A stretch of 62,848 bases of DNA, filler included, from Sphacelaria rigidula (Eukaryota): NCBI GenBank assembly GCA_964200075.2. It is 10 parts of 10 records of this genome, joined end to end, with 100 filler letters (N's around TTAATTAATTAA, not from the genome) between each part and the next. Parts side by side here need not be neighbours in the genome. Positions count along the whole stretch, not along the records: positions 56,655 to 62,848 come from CAXNAA020021607.1; 9 more parts are not named here. One strand, written 5' to 3'. Position 1 is the first letter of the stretch, and every line of letters starts with the position of its first letter. Made by a program: the position numbers and the translations under genes. Below, piece by piece: positions 61,508 through 62,848 of this stretch. Under the pieces are notes generated by a model. The model did no database searches. It saw only the letters and a list, made by a program, of their open reading frames with translations, and was not told the DNA's origin.

Positions 61508-62848
61508 ATGGCGGAACAAGGTGGTAGGCCTGCTACAGTTATCGGTGCGCAGGGTGTTACAGAGCTGTTGCAGGAAGTATGTAGTCAATTCAGTTCCTTA
61601 GCTCAGCTCATGCGTGATATGCAGCTAAGCCTTGCTACATTACAGAGTAACATGGACCGTATGAGGACAGAAAGAGAGGCCGGGGGCGCAGAAAACAACG
61701 GCGTCCTCGATAGTGAAGGTTCCCGTAGTCAACAAGGGGAATTCAACATAAATAGAACAGTAGAGCGACGCGGTGCTGGACTTCGAAGGGAGCGACGGTA
61801 CATCGAGAGCCAAGCTGTTCCAGAGGACGGAGCGCGCGACGCAATGGACAACGAGGCCACCAGTGACGAAGCTAGGGGCCTTGTCCCCGCACGCGAGTCA
61901 ATCCAAGTTAACGATACAAGAACGTCCCAAAGATTTCAGGGAAGAGCGCTGATTATGCTCGGTACAGGCATGAGCTGGTCAACTTCGTAAGGGGCGAAGC
62001 AATTGACTGGGTATTCACCATGGCCGGGAATAGTTCTTACGATGAAGATGTCGGTAATCCTGAGATAGCGATGGGGTATCTGGAGAGCAGACATAAGAAG
62101 GACACAGTGGCAGCCAACGTACGGGCTAGACGATTGCTTGTAGCTCGTTGAGAAGGAAGGAGGGAGCAAGATATTTTGATTAGAACCCACTCACCGGCTG
62201 CGGTTTGGAGAAACCTCGAGGATGTCTTTCGCCCCGAAACAAATGGGGCGAGAACCGCTTTGTTGGAAACGTTTGATGGAGTCAAGATTGGTGTCAGTGA
62301 GGATCCAGAGCAGAAGTTGCTCGAGATGGAGGAACTCGCACGTAACCTAAATTCATACGAGGAGCATGAATGACTAAGCGAAAACCATATTCTCTTGAAA
62401 TTCCTCAACTGGTAGCCTTTCGAGCATCACATTCAGAAGCAATTGCTCGAGGATCGAGAGGGACCGCTGACACGGGAGGTTGTGTTGACTTCGATCCGGA
62501 AGCGCTTCGAATGAACTTCTTTGAAGCAGGAACTTGCCCGGGGAAGGAAGTCATCCCCGGGCGACCAGGCTCTCCTTGCCAGGGGTGGAACCGGGAAACC
62601 GAGCGGTGCGCACCGCAAAGGAAAACCGGAAAAAGCCCAGGGCTCTGGTCAGAAAACTGCGGGAGCAAGAGTTCAAGTAGCTCTGGGTCGGCATCGTCGG
62701 ACGGCAAACCGGGGGTGGAAGGCGGGGTGATACCACAGATCCCCGTTCCAGATTTTGTCAACGGAGGGGGTGAGGTGGAGCCTGTTCGTAGGATGGCCTG
62801 CGGTGTCCAGTAAGATACACCTAGTCAGGGTAAGGTACAACAGTATAG
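61508..62848 (+). mobile_element. Degenerate Ty1/copia gag
   Basis: N-terminal coiled coil, then SPAAVWRNLEDVF...LLETFDGVKIGVSEDPEQKLLEMEELARNL (UBN2/retrotransposon gag-like); stops and frameshifts. Confidence 0.8.

Overview
This is eukaryotic, repeat-rich genomic DNA, most likely a brown alga and possibly a kelp (inferred from intron/exon style and the LINE/SINE families). It is not one locus: ten unrelated scaffolds of 6195/6194 bp, sorted by length, are joined by artificial 100-bp linkers (N44-TTAATTAATTAA-N44), so nothing can be inferred across the linkers. Two host genes can be reconstructed from splice sites with consistent phases: the last three exons of a BABAM2/BRE (BRCC45) homologue (2871-4909, +) and the last three exons of a HEATR5/SWEETIE/Laa1 homologue (49569-45753, -). 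Most of the rest is decayed or nested mobile DNA: RTE and RTEX-like LINEs, three tRNA-derived SINE families, Ty3/gypsy and Ty1/copia remnants, Helitron pieces and many MITEs. Two signals stand out. (i) An intronless large-ORF element family occurs independently in two scaffolds (11001-12041 and 50929-53030) with a shared C-terminus and 3' flank; one copy keeps a WDNxDF motif, the other a tesmin-like CXC domain. (ii) Two LINE families end in the same multibranch RNA structure, lack poly(A), and insert into C-runs. No prokaryotic operon, CRISPR array, rRNA or intact tRNA gene was found. Family assignments come from motif recognition, not database searches.
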